DNA from: the human T2T-CHM13v2.0 reference genome, Homo sapiens
Strand: one strand, 5' to 3'
DNA: 64,000 bases
Assembly (NCBI RefSeq): GCF_009914755.1
Contig: NC_060926.1
Of the stretch, positions 1-16,735 are shown piece after piece. A program made the translations under genes and the position numbers. The notes beneath the pieces were generated by a model. It did no database searches. It worked only from the letters and a program-made list of their open reading frames with translations, and was not told the DNA's origin. How positions within the stretch are numbered: the first letter of the stretch is position 1; each line of letters starts with the position of its first letter.

Positions 1-623
1 AGAAAACAAGAGTTATAACAGGTTTAGAAACTATCTGGTGTAATCAGCTAATTTTATAGATGTCTTAACTAGGGTGCAGAACAGTTATTCAACCTGTCCC
101 AACCAACCAACCAAACCACGTAAGGACAGAACCTCGACTGCAATGTAGGCTTGGCGATTTACAGGCAAGTTTTCAAGCACTGCAGTGCAGTCATAGGGGA
201 AAGGCATGAATGGAAGCAAAAAGAGTGTAGTGTGCTTGAAAGAGTCACAATACTGGTCTTACAAGAAAGTAAAATAGATATCAACTAAATGAAGACATGT
301 CATTTTTCTCGTTATATGACCTCAATGAAGTGCCTGGGTATGCAATCACCCATACCTGAGTCTTGGTTCAAAAGATGCTCTTCTTTTTAAGTTGAGGAAG
401 GCATGTGAGGGGTCTCTGTTGGATCTATTTTTTTGATGTTGTTTGAGGATAAATTTTGGTGTAAGAAAGGTGCTGGTGTTAACAATAGTGCCATAATAAC
501 TGTTCATCTGTATAACAGATTTGGATCACTCAGGAGGTTCAGTGTGTTCCCTGCCTTGGCCATCTCCATCTTACTGACAGCATTTCTGTATCTTAAAAGC
601 ATGGAAGCTTTTGGTCTTATTGC

Positions 624-626
<3 letters not shown>

Positions 627-664
<38 letters not shown>

Positions 665-680
665 ATGCACACACGCATAC
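627..680. repeat. (CA)n microsatellite
   Basis: Perfect CA run followed by degenerate CA units. Confidence 0.95.
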
Positions 681-2144
681 AGATGCATACAATTTGTGGC
701 CTTTGCTTTGAATGAAATAAGTGAACACCCTTACTACCTCCTCTAAGTGTCTTAACTTCAATTTATTAGGTACAGACTGACCCTTTAAATCACACTTCAT
801 CAGTGCGAACCCTGACCAAAAACACAAGGCTTCCTCTCCAGCTGGTCTGTGGCACACACGTGTGCATTTTCCTTCCTGCTTAGCATGCTTGTGTTCCTGA
901 AATATTTTGGAGGCTTTCTCCTTTTTCTGTATTTTGGTTTCACCGACATCAGCACACCCAAGGCAGTGGCGCTGCAGGAGAGACTGCTGTGCATGATTGG
1001 TGTGTCTGCACAGTCAACACAACTATTGCCTATGTCTGACTTCCAGGACTTTTATCATCATTGGGGAGAGATTCACAAGTAATAGCAAATGTCGCTGTGG
1101 TCAAATGGTAAATTAGGCTTTAAGAGGCTACAAATGGGAAAATTATGAGGTATTTTAAGACACGAGACGTACCTGAGGGAACTCCTTGCCCCATCCCCCA
1201 ATCATTCCTAAACTATCCCATGCACCCAGTTTTTACAACCCTCATCAAGACCTGAAGTTTCCCTACCACTGCAGCCCACATTGATCTTTCCCTTATATGA
1301 ACATCAGCTGAGTTTTATAGTGTGTATCAAACAATTTAGCACTTAACGCTAATTAAATGAGGTTAAATAAAATCACTTCTGCAGAAGTGCCTGCTGTGAA
1401 CTGTACAAGACAGATGCATGGAACTATTACCACCATTAATTAGATTAATTGGCTTTTGTATGTTCATTTTTCCTCCTCAGCTCTTTAGCAAGCATTCTAC
1501 TGGAGGTTTCATACCAGCTAATTCATGATGGGGAGAAAGGAGATGCTAAATAGCTGTGGATTTATTAAAGATGGGATTACGTGGTGGGCCAGATTCATGG
1601 CTCGTTATGCACAGTGGTCTTATTTCTTCCTGCCACCATTTTCTCCTTGAAAATTTCCCCTCATCTTTGCAAAGGGAACAATGCCAGAACCCTATCCAGC
1701 TATATTTAGACAGCCAGAAATGAAATAACTGTAACATGATTGATAACCTTAAGTCCAGGGAAATGATATTACTAATTAAATCGTGAAACATTAGGCAGGC
1801 TGTCAGGCACAGATATATTTAAAGTCATAACAGCCCTTGCTTATTTTTAAAGTGTTTGCATATTGAATGATTCTGGTAAAATTGTTTCTATTTATCAGAC
1901 CAAGTATAAAGTGCTCATCTCCATGGTATCTGCAAGCATAGCAGTCAATCTAAGATAAATCCAGGCCCAAGAGAGCAATTTCTCCTTTATCTCACATTCT
2001 CTCCTTCTCTGTAACCCTTTTATGAGGTTCACTAAAATGAGTTTCATTCAACTTTGGAATTAGCACATTCCACACTTTACAATTTCTAGAAGCACAAGCA
2101 TGTGATGAGCTGAGATAGAAGGAAAAGGCACAAGTCACAGAGCT

Positions 2145-2250
2145 TCGATTTACTGGATGCTTATTGTGTGCCAGATCCCTTAGATCTTTGAGTTGCTAAT
2201 CTTCCTGTCCCAATTTTACAGATGCAAAACCAAACCACAGAGGTGGTAAA
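2145..2250 (-). mobile_element. MIR SINE fragment
   Basis: Degenerate MIR core (cccaattttacagatg...cacagaggtggtaa) and tail (ttattgtgtgccag). Confidence 0.6.
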
Positions 2251-2251
2251 A

Positions 2252-2282
<31 letters not shown>
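2252..2282. repeat. (CA)n microsatellite
   Basis: About 15 perfect CA units. Confidence 0.95.
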
Positions 2283-2284
<2 letters not shown>

Positions 2285-3436
2285 CCACACCTTTTCCCAG
2301 CTAACAGGGAGCAGATTGCTTTTGGAACTGAGGGCTCTTTGACACCCATGTCAGTGCCCCTTCAAGGTCTAGTGATAAGAAAAAAAATATATGTATATAT
2401 ATATATATCTCACATTAAGAAGCAGATGAGTTTTTTTCAGTCCAAGATGGCCAAATAGGAACAGCTGCAGTCTACAGCTCCCAGCGTGAGTGATGCAGAA
2501 GACGGGTGATTTCTGCATTTCCAACTGAGGTACCGGGTTCATCTCACTGGGGCTTGTCGGACACTGGGTGCAGCCCATGGAGTAGGGTGAGGCATCACCT
2601 CACCCAGGAAGTGCAAGGGGTCGGGGAATTCCCTTTCATAACCAAGGGAAGGCATGACAGACAGTACCTGGAAAATCAGGACACTCCCACCCTAATACTG
2701 CACATTTCCAAAGGTCTTAGCAAATGGCACACCAGGAGATTATATCCCATGCCTGGCTCGGAGGGTCCCACGCCCACGGAGCCTCACTCATTGCTAGCAC
2801 AGCAGTCTGAGATCGAACTGCAAAAAGGTGGCAGCGAGGCTGGGGGAGGGGCGTCCACCATTGCTGAGGCTTGAGTAGGTAAACAAAGCAGCCGGAAAGC
2901 TTGAACTGGGTGGAGTCCACCGCAGCTCAAGGAGGCCTGCCTGCCTCTGTAGACTCCACCTCTGGGGACAGGGCATAGTTGAACAAAAGGCAGCAGAAAC
3001 TTCAGCAGACTTAAACGTCCCTGTCTGACAGCTTTGAAGAGAGTAGTGGTTCTCCCAACATGGAGTTTGAGATATGAGAACGGACAGAATGCCTCCTCAA
3101 GTGGGTCCCTGACCCCCGAGTAGCCTAACTGGGAGACACCTCCCAGTAGGGGCCGACTGACACCTCATATGGCCAGGTGCCCCTCTGAGACGAAGCTTCC
3201 AGAAGGACGATCTGACAGCAACATTTGCCATTCTGCAATATTTGCGGTTCTGCAGCCTCCGCTAGTGATACCCAGGCAAATAGTGTCTGGAGTGGACCTC
3301 CAGCAAACTCCAACAGACCTGCAGCTGAGGGTTCTGACTGTTAGAAGGAAAACTAACAAACAGAAAGGACATCCACACCAAAATCCCATCTGTGTGTCAC
3401 CATCATCAAAGACCAAAGGTAGTTAAAACCACAAAG

Positions 3437-4463
3437 ATGGAGAGAAACCAGAGAAGAAAAGCTGAAAATACTAAAAATCAGAGCACCTCTCCTCCTCCAA
3501 AGTAATGCAACTCTTCTCCAGCAACGGAACAAAGCTGGATGGAGAATGATTTTGACAAGTTGAGAGAAGGAGGCTTCAGACGATTGGTAATAACAAACTT
3601 CTCTGAGCTAAAGGAAGGTGTTCGAACCCACTGCAAAGAAGCTAAAATACTTGAAAAAAGATTAGATGAATGGCTAACTAAAATAAACAGTGTAGAGAAG
3701 ACCTTAAATGACCTGATGGAGCTGAAAATCATGGCACGAGAACTATGTGACGCATGTGCAAGCTTCAGTAGATGATTTGATCAAGTGGAAGAAAGGGTAT
3801 CAGTGATGGAAGATCAAATGAATGAAATGAAGTGAAAAGAGAAGTTTAGAGAAAAAAAGAGTAAGAAGAAATGAACAAAGCCTCCAAGAAATATGGGACT
3901 ATGTGAAAAGACCAAATCTACGTCTGATTGGTGTACCTAAAAGAGACGGGGAGAATGGAACCAAGTTGGAAAACACTCTGCAGCATATTATCCTGGAGAA
4001 CTTCCCCAATCTAGCAAGGCAGGCCTACGTTCAAATTCAGGAAACAGAGAGAATGCCACAGAGATACTCCTCGAGAAGAGCAACTCCAAGACACATAATT
4101 GTCAGATTCACCAAAGTTGAAATGAAGGAAAAAATCTTAAGGGCAGCCAGAGAGAAAGGTCGGGTTACCCACAAAGGGAAGCCCATCAGACTAACAGCAG
4201 ATCTCTCAGAAGAAACTCTACAAGCCAGAAGAGAGTGGGGGCCAATATTCAACATTCTTAAAGAAAAGAATTTTCAACCCAGAATTTCATATCCAGCCAA
4301 ACTAAGCTTCACAAGTGGAGGAGAAATAAAATCCTTTACAGACAAACAAATGCTGAGAGATTATGTCACCACCAGGCCTGCCCTACAAGAGCTTCTGAAG
4401 GAAGCACTAAACATAGAAAGGAACAACCAGTATGAGCCACTGCAAAAACATGCCAAATTGTAA
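3437..4463 (+). pseudogene. L1 ORF1p remnant with premature stops
   Basis: ATG at 3437, TAA at ~3503, TGA at 3773; fragments MENDFDKLREGG... and KRPNLRLIGVP...QKHAKL match ORF1p. Confidence 0.93.
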
Positions 4464-4525
4464 AGACCATCAATGCTAGGAAGAAACTGCATCAACTAAT
4501 GAGCAAAATAACCAGCTAAATCAAA

Positions 4526-8346
<3,821 letters not shown>

Positions 8347-8839
8347 ACAATGAGAACACTTGAACACAGGGTGGGGAACATCACACACTGGAGCCTGTCA
8401 TGGGGTATGGGGAGGGGAGAGGGATAGCACTAGGAGATAAACCTAATGTAAATGACGAGTTGATGGGTACAGCACACCAATATGGCACATGTATACATAT
8501 GTAACAAACCTGCACATTGTGCACATGTACCCTAGAACTTAAAGTATAATAAAAATAAATAAATAAATAAAAAATACCCATCAGAACAGAAAAAAAAAGA
8601 AAGAAAGAAATGGAAGCAATGTACAACAAAATATTTGCGTTTAATACAACTAGATGGTGGTTGCATCATACATTTGTACCTTGTGATGTATTTAATTCAT
8701 AATAAAAAGAGATAAAGTTATAAGCATATTACTTAGAAAAAAAAGTAGATGAAGGTGTAATTCTTCTCCAGAGGTAGTCACACTTGTGAGTGAAGTTCTT
8801 TTAAAGACAGTTCTCTAAAGCCAGTGGGATGAAGAGAAC

Positions 8840-9010
8840 TCTATGGGCTTCGAGGTTAAGCATATCTTTGCCCCACAGCCAGGCTGGGCTAAGAACTGTG
8901 TGGCCAAGATCACATAACTTCTCTTTCCCAGGCATCCTCATCCCCTTCTGTAACATGCAGCAATGATACCCACTTTGCTAGTATTTAAGAAGATTAAGTG
9001 GGAATAATTT
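8840..9010 (+). mobile_element. MIR SINE fragment
   Basis: Degenerate ctgtgtggcc...cataacttctct...ctgtaacatg...agattaagtggg. Confidence 0.5.
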
Positions 9011-10854
9011 AAAAAAAAACTACAAGAAGACAAAGGGCAAGGAAAAGGGGTGAGTGTAGGACTTCCTGACATTTCCAGAATTGCATTCATGCAGGGGTTT
9101 TCTTATTCTCTGTTAAAGATGTTATTAAATATTTCCTAGTGCACAAATTTTGGCAAACATAATAGGCACATCTTGCCCCAACACAAGGTATTAGATTGAG
9201 CACAATAAAATTGTGAGGAAAGGCTGGAAAATCATGTTAAATAGTATTAAGAAAGCCTTAATTGAGGCTCCAAAATGATTGCTTTAAAATCTCTTTATCT
9301 TGGTTTGTTATTTTCCTGACGGATGTTGGAGGGAAGGGTGCCTTCAGCTGACCTGTGTTGCATTCTAAAAGGCTTTCTGTTAGGATTGCAAATGAGTAAA
9401 CAGATACTGTCCCTAATCCTGAAAGCACTGAAGACATCATGGTAAATTACATGCACAGAAGGAAAGAAGGATCTTTTGGCATTAAATCCCGGTCTGGGAT
9501 CTCATCTTCATTCTATATGGATTGTCAATTTGCCAAATTCAAAGCCTCAAGCTATTGTAATTAGACTTTGAAAATCTCTCTCTGATTTCCTTTTCACCAT
9601 TGACAAGGATTTGCTACTGAAAATTACAAATTGCAAATATATTGTCAGGGCCTGCAACTGGTCATATTTCATTTCACTCTTAAGTTCCAAGAAATTACCT
9701 TTGTTTTAGTGTTTAATTTAGTTGGCTTCAAAGTACTAACTCTGATATGAGTGAACAGGAGAAGGAATGAGAAGGAATCACAGACTCCTATATCTTGGTG
9801 GTCAGGATCCTTCCCAAACACGGTGCCCTGTTGCCAAATCTCTGGGCCCACCGACTCAGGCTCAATTCCCACTGTGCTTGTTCAGTCTTTTGCCTGTATA
9901 CCTGCCCCCTCCTCCATCCAAGCTAAATCTTGCAGGTGGAATGAGTGCCCTTTAGCCTATTCATGGGCTGACCATACAACTTTTGAGAGTGGAAAAAAGA
10001 AAATGATCATTCCTGAAAAAGTTTCAAAAAATGAGGCTTGGCTGGGCCAGACAGGTTGTCTGGTCACCCCATCTATGCAAAGCTATCTTCTTTATAGGTG
10101 CAGTCCAGGGGTCCTCCATGGAAGTTTCACTGGTGGCGACAGCATCCTATTAGCTCTTCCAACACTAACTGTGAGCCCCAAACTCATTTTTATATTTAAT
10201 TATTTCAAGGCTTATATAATTTTTTATCATACTTTGAATATATGCCATACTAGGCCACCAACCCTAATCCTAACCCTAAACTGTCATAGAGAATCTTCTC
10301 CTTTAGTGCTCGGTAATGTACTGTGGTCAGAGCAGACATTCAGACATTGAATGAATATATACAGAATATGCATTCATTAAAATTATTTGTATGCTTTTCC
10401 TCTCTTTTATAATTAAGAAAGAAAGAAGGTGATACTGTAATAATAGTACCAGCCCCAGAAGTATAAAGACTCTGAGAAGAATATTCACATAAATATTATA
10501 GTAATAGCCATTTGTGGAGTTTGATTTTTCTGAGAAATTTAAACATTAGGGCAATCTAGTTAGCCAGTTTTCATTAATGTGAATAGCTGTGTTTTAGTTG
10601 ATGTATCCTTCACCTAAGACTTGGGTTATTGTACTGACCCTGATGAAATAGCTATGCAATCTTAAGTGCATTATTTAAAGCTGATGGAGCCCCACTTTTC
10701 TGATTTATAAATTTTAGTGAAGATTATCTCTGCCTTAGAGCCATACTGTAGTAATGCATTTGAAACCATGCCCTCGTTAAGATCACACATTCTATATGCA
10801 AAAGGCACCTTGTTGTTTATCTTGTGAAGAAATGCCATGAGATGCTTCCCCCAG

Positions 10855-11000
10855 GATCATTCAGTCCTGCCAACAATCTTATATCGTAAGTATTACTAAC
10901 TGCATTTGCAGATGAGGAAATGGAGAAGGGTTAAGTAAATTGACCACATTAGTGACTGCCAGATGTGGGATTCAATCTCAAGTTTATCTGACTCTCCAGT
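10855..11000 (-). mobile_element. MIR SINE fragment
   Basis: catttgcagatgaggaaa...ggttaagtaaattgacca...gggattcaatctcaag...tctgactc. Confidence 0.7.
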
Positions 11001-12999
11001 CAGGAATTGGATTGTATCATTGTTTCAGCAAATTCAATGATGTGCTGATAGGTGACTGATCGGGGGTAATAGATTAGGAATTAATCTCAGGATTCATTTA
11101 GTTCTGGCGGCTCCATGCAGATTCAACCCAAATGTGTTTGCGTAGTGCAGCTGCAAGACATTGATAGTATTTCTCCATTGAGGAGAGTGGATGGTTTCTA
11201 TACAAGAGCTAAATAAAAGATTTTATAGGAAAAAAAGCCCCACAGGCATGTTATAAGCATTCTTCTATTTGTGTATTTTTTCATCCCACTATGGAAGCTT
11301 TAGAAAGAAATAGGCCCCTTCTCTTATGAACAGCTCTTTTTAGTTGAGTGGGGATAAGGACAATGTTTCATTTTGCTGTGTGTCTTGGCATTGTGCCTCA
11401 GGCATGAGCGTGCAATGGGTGTGTGTGAAGAGTGGATGAAAACCAAGGGCTTCGTCCTCTCCTGGAAAAACCATCAAAGAGACCTAAGGAGACATGTATT
11501 AATAATAATCTACAGAGACGGTCCTTTGAATATGCTCACACTCTCCTGAGATAAAGGATTTCACAGGCAGGTCCTGTTCTGCTTTGGCAGGAAGAAAGGA
11601 GATTATTCAAAGGCCCTGTACCGACAGTGCCATTGGGTTTCATAAGGGCCCATTTTCAGACTACACTTGAGTGGAAAGGTCTGGAGATCTGAGCAGAACC
11701 TATCGCTTCTCCTTGACAGTTTGCTGAGTATAAGAATACACAAGGTTCCTCATAGCGCTCACTGGTGAATGGTCATTCTCACCAAATCCTTTTGTTGGCT
11801 TCATAAAGTGCAGAGTTAATGGTCTGTATTATTGTAGTTTGATATTTAAGTGAGCTGAACTGTGCTGAACTATTAGAGTTAAGATTTTCTTGCACAGATA
11901 AATATTTCCTATAAAATATGGTATTATGGTGGTTTCCATTAATCTGGTTGTATTATGCTTCCAAATGAGCTATCTGATTTTATCGTTAGAATAATTTTGT
12001 GAGACAACGAGGATCAACTTCATCCCATTTTACAGATCAGCAATTTAGTTAACAAGTGGTCATTATTGTTCCTGAGGCTATCCAAATATTCAAGCTATAT
12101 AAGCATCCAATAATTGTGATATAATATTACTAACACTAATATAACAATATTATCAATAGCTAATATTTCATGAGGACTCACTATGTGTTAAGCACTCAGC
12201 TAAGAATCATTTCAATTTTCTCACCTGCCAATTGGAGATATAATTACTGTTCTGTCCACTGCAGGGGGTGTGTACAGATTAGATGCAGTAATGTGTGTTT
12301 GAGTACCTTGGCATGTTCAATACTGTTCAATCTATGTGTCCATTTCTCAGCTTACCAACTGTACTAATGAATTCTTCTCTCTAGCTCACTGAACTGCCTA
12401 CTCCTCGCACCTCTGTCTAAGCTGCTTTTGTCATGCAGCTCTGTTCACATTTCTCTCTTTAATTCCTTAAAAGCAATACTAATAACCACAATAATAATAG
12501 GAATAATAATTACAGTGCATGTCTTCCATTGTAGAAGCCTGCCTGGTTTACAAAGATGGCATGTAATTGATCAGCAAAATATCCCTGAGAAGAAAATAGG
12601 CTAGTTATCATAATGCTCATTTTTCATTTGAAAATGCAAAAAAGGTAGTTGAGATTCAGAAAGACTGACAATTCTAACTCAACCTGGTGACAAAGTGAAA
12701 TTCACACTCAGATATTTCCATTCCGCTCCATAGCTCCTTCTGTTTTAAGTGAGTGTCCCTCTCCCTTCCAAGGCCCTTTGGTCCTTAAAAAAAACAAAAC
12801 AAAAAAAAAGGTCTATGAGAGTCCCTATAGCTTCTTCAAAGCTTCTTATATCAACACCTTTTGCAAAGTGACTTGCCTTCCTTGGATGATCTAAGCTTCC
12901 GTACAGTCTGAAGGAGTTCTATGGTGATCATCTCTAGTTCTATTTCTCTTTAAAGGGCCTGGTCACACAGTTGGGGCAAGGGCATGTGTCATTCTTTCT

Positions 13000-13392
13000 A
13001 TAGGAAATGCTTTCCCTCTGCTTATCTGGCTGGAGTTGTAGAAGATTCCACCCACATGTCTCCTCTCCTGTGAAGCCTTTGCCAACACCTCTCCACAGAG
13101 CACTGCTCTCTTTGTGTCTCTTCTGTATCCAGCACTGACTTTCTGTGGAGCACCAGTAGTGCTTTTTTTCCCTCTGCAGTTGGAACAGATCTGTGATTAT
13201 GTCAGGGATCAGCTATCAGACCCCTGACATGGTGACAGATCTGTTCTAACTGCAGACTGTGTGACTCCTGACAGCTGAGACCACACCTTGGTCATATTTG
13301 TGTGTCCATGTCCTAGCACAGCAAATGGCAAACAAAAACCCCATAGTGTATATTTTATTGTTTTCTACAGTAAATTTTTGAATGAATGAATA
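13000..13392 (+). mobile_element. L2 LINE 3' end, containing a foldback hairpin
   Basis: ctcctctcctgtgaagccttt..., agactgtgtgactcctga..., cctagcacag..., ends ttgaatgaatgaat. Confidence 0.7.
13173..13256. repeat. Inverted repeat: 38-bp arms, 8-nt loop
   Basis: Manual pairing of 13173-13210 with 13219-13256: 33 Watson-Crick, 3 G-T, 2 mismatches. Confidence 0.95.
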
Positions 13393-14582
13393 ACTTTAAC
13401 AAAACAACACCTGCATCTGTTAAAGGGCAGTGTGTCTACCACTTCTGTGAAGCAGCTGTGGTCTGATGGAAGTTGAAGTGGCTAAAGTAGCCTCCTCTTT
13501 TTCTGTGAGTCCTTAATTGCTGTTCTTTCCTGCAACATTATCAGTGTAATGTGCTAACTCATCCTACGTGTCACCCAAGCACATTTTGTAGATGTGTGTG
13601 GGACCCAATTCTGGTGTCACTCATTTGTAAAGGCCAAAGTTGAGGTGTTGTCAATGTCTAAACTCCGTTTGTCAGTGAGCTTCTCAGGGGTTCGTTCCAC
13701 TGGACCATTAGTTGCCTAATCCTACCCTCATTTTCTTCCTGGAGTAAAAGAAAAGAAAATTACAAGAACGATGAAACTGTGTATATTAAAGGGAAATAGG
13801 GCTGACACAATTGAGAAATACTCCTCCACACTAGTTAGCCCTTGAAAAAGAAAAAAAAAAAATGGTAAAGCCAAGGCAAGCCATTTATATTAACACACCT
13901 GGGTTCCAGACAGAAACTGTGGAGTCTATTAATTAAAATTAGTTTGGAAACAACATTCTATTATAAGATAATCTTTTCTTCAGAAAGCTTGCTATTAGTA
14001 AATTAACCTCAGCCAGTGTTCTGGCACAATGAATGCTCTATCTCATAAAATCCATATTGTCTGCTTCTAGTCAATAAAACACACAATCTAATAAAACCCA
14101 ATTGTGCATGGTCCTGGGGCCCAGAAATCATGCAGATAATTGAAATGAAAGACACACAAATATAAATAATTGGCTGCAGTCAATAGTCCTAATGATCTTT
14201 CCCACCTAGTTTTTTACATGTACTTGGATTCCCCATCTTCGCAGCCACCATTTCCCAATATTCTTCTGACCTGACCATTCCCCAAGACTCTATCCTCCCA
14301 GAAGAAAGGTTACATTGTAGAATGATTGCTGAGGTTTATACTTGAATAAACTAGGCTTCAAATTGTGATTTTACCTCTTCCTGGCTGTGTGACCTGAATT
14401 ATATTGCCAGGATTTTGGTTTCTTTATTTGTGTAACTGTATAAAAATATCTACTATACAGATTGTTGGGAGAATTACATTGAAATGAAAGGGATAAGGTA
14501 TGCCCATGTGGCTAGCAGAGTTCCATATTCATTCCCATTTCTTTCCTTTACAAGCAGTGAGGCTCTTAATAGAATGGCAAGA

Positions 14583-14629
14583 AGAACAAGAAGTAAGAAA
14601 GCCTGGAGAACAAGAAGTAAGAAAGCCTG
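14583..14629. repeat. Tandem duplication, 24-bp period
   Basis: agaacaagaagtaagaaagcctg twice, separated by one g. Confidence 0.95.
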
Positions 14630-15829
14630 AAAGACTCAAACACTGTATAATTTTTCTCTGAATAAGCTAATGAACGGCCAAGGTTTTCACCTTTTATGAA
14701 GCGTTATCATTTGCAATATTTCTGAGAACTCATATCTGCTGGAGAACAGGGCATTTCCCCAGCCAGCTCCCACTGAGGGCCAGGCGTGTTTCCAGAAAGC
14801 AACATGACATTGCAATCAGTTTTCCACCAAAGCCAGACACAGGCAAGCAAAGGGACCTTGGGCTGGCCCGTACTTCTTTGGACCTCAGTCATTCCACCTC
14901 TATAAGGAAGATGTAAGCTTGTTTTCTTTATTTCCTCTGCGTTTCTGTTATACATGTCTGCCCTGGATTAGTAAGAATGGGCTTCAAGAAAGACTAGGAA
15001 AAAAAAATTAGAAAAGGAACAGGCAACTCAAGTGCTCATAAGAAGAACTTACATTAATCAAACAAGTGTCTGTATCCCTCTGACACTGCAAATACTCTGC
15101 CTCCCCTTGTGGAGTCTTTAAGCTTGTCTCATCCTCTAGCTATTTCCACTCCTATTCCTTTCTCCACAGAAACTATACACCAGTGTCTACACATCCCTGT
15201 CAAATATTTCTCACCACCAAAAATCTAGGTGTGAAGATCCAGGCTTCGTTTGTTCATTTGGGGTTTTGTGTTTTGTGTGTGTGTATTTACACAAACTGTG
15301 ATACTTGCCAGTGTCTTTTAATTCATGGTGCTGCCATATAAACTGCGTTTATTCCTTTCTGTCCTCCAAGCTAGGACAATCACAATCTCCTTCACGAAGA
15401 CTTATTGATGGCCTGCTTTTTTCATCATGCCATTATCTGAACTCCTGTACAATGGAGTCTTGTGGTGGCGTTGAACCTTAAATCTAGGTGAACTGTCTAA
15501 CAGCAGATGAGGAATGTTGAAGTTGTGCCATGCAGCTAATCTACGGCATGTGGTTTTCATACTTAAAGGCTGTGATGTCCAATTTCCAATTAAATAGAGA
15601 CACCTATTTTTTCCCTGAGAATGTAATCTTGTCTTGTAATCACCTGACCCTCTCAAGGATATAGTCTATGTCTTTTCCAATGTATAAATCCCCAGAGCTG
15701 TAAGTGAATCAGAGAAAGCTTGAGAAATGGCTTCATGCTTTCATATTTTGAGCTTTCTCACTGCTGCAGCCATAGGGTAACAAATATGAGAAGAATAACT
15801 AACAATAGAGGGGAGAAGTGAAACAGCTA

Positions 15830-16201
15830 CAGAACTTACAGACTTTCAAGGGGGTTATGCTCCAATTGGCCCATCGTAAGTTAAAAAAATCATAGATTGA
15901 AACACACTTTGTATACTTTACCTACTCAACATCAAAGCTTAACCTAGTCCACCTTAAATGGGATCAGTTTGACACTTATTATACATTAGCCTACAGTTGG
16001 GCAAAATCATCTAGCACAAAGCCTATTTTATAATAAAATATTGAGCATCTCATGTAATTTACAGAATACAGTACTGAGAGTGAAAAACAGAATGTTTGTT
16101 CAGGTACTTGACGTACAGTTTCTACTGAATGTGTTTCACCTTAGAGTTACTGTGAAAGTCAAAAATCATAAATAGAACCATCATAAGTCAGGGACTGTCT
16201 G
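15830..16201 (+). mobile_element. MER47A-like Tigger-family MITE
   Basis: TA-flanked cag...gggactgtctg; internal cattagcctacagttgggcaaaatcatcta and gtgaaaaacagaatg. Confidence 0.8.
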
Positions 16202-16529
16202 TAGAGTTAACAAGACTAGGGAACGTGTAAGCAAAATCAAGTTTATACTGAAACTGGATGGCTGAAAGCAATGCACCTCTTTTCTGCACATTGCTTAGAC
16301 TGTCACCTCCTCTTGGAAGTGCCCCTTCATCAGAAAAGCTCTGGTGAGTGAAAGCAACATGCTCCCCCTTCACAATGCTCTTTTGTCATTGTATATGCAG
16401 TCTTGTCTTTTTGGGATGTCCTGTCACAATTCCTTTGGAGTTTTAGACAGAACAACCTCTAAGAAGTGTGACCTCTCTAACCTAGGCTGGAGGAGAAATT
16501 CCTCCCCTGAGTTCTCCTGCCTCACACTC

Positions 16530-16735
16530 TTTCCTTCAGCTTGACTTATATTGTGCTGAGTTCTGTGCTCATGCCTGTCTTCTCCTCCAGCCTATGAGCT
16601 CCTCAAGGGCTAGATGACCCTTTCTATCACCACCTCGTACTGCCTAGAACATGGTCTGACTGGCTACTGGCCTGCTGTCCGTGTGTTAACATAGGGTGTG
16701 TGAGGGAGTCAATTTGTGAATGAATGAATGAATAT
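16530..16735 (+). mobile_element. L2 LINE 3' end
   Basis: ctatgagctcctcaagggc...tgcctagaacatggtctg...tgaatgaatgaatgaat. Confidence 0.7.

Noticed and set aside
433-857. Overlapping ORFs with HTHTHT / CVCVCV runs
   Set aside because: Translation of a CA microsatellite
10260-10279. Telomere-like CCCTAA-TCCTAA-CCCTAA
   Set aside because: Only three units, one imperfect; too short to call an interstitial telomeric insertion
9751-10350. 199-codon ORF, the longest outside L1
   Set aside because: GTG start, no recognisable domain, composition like random non-coding DNA
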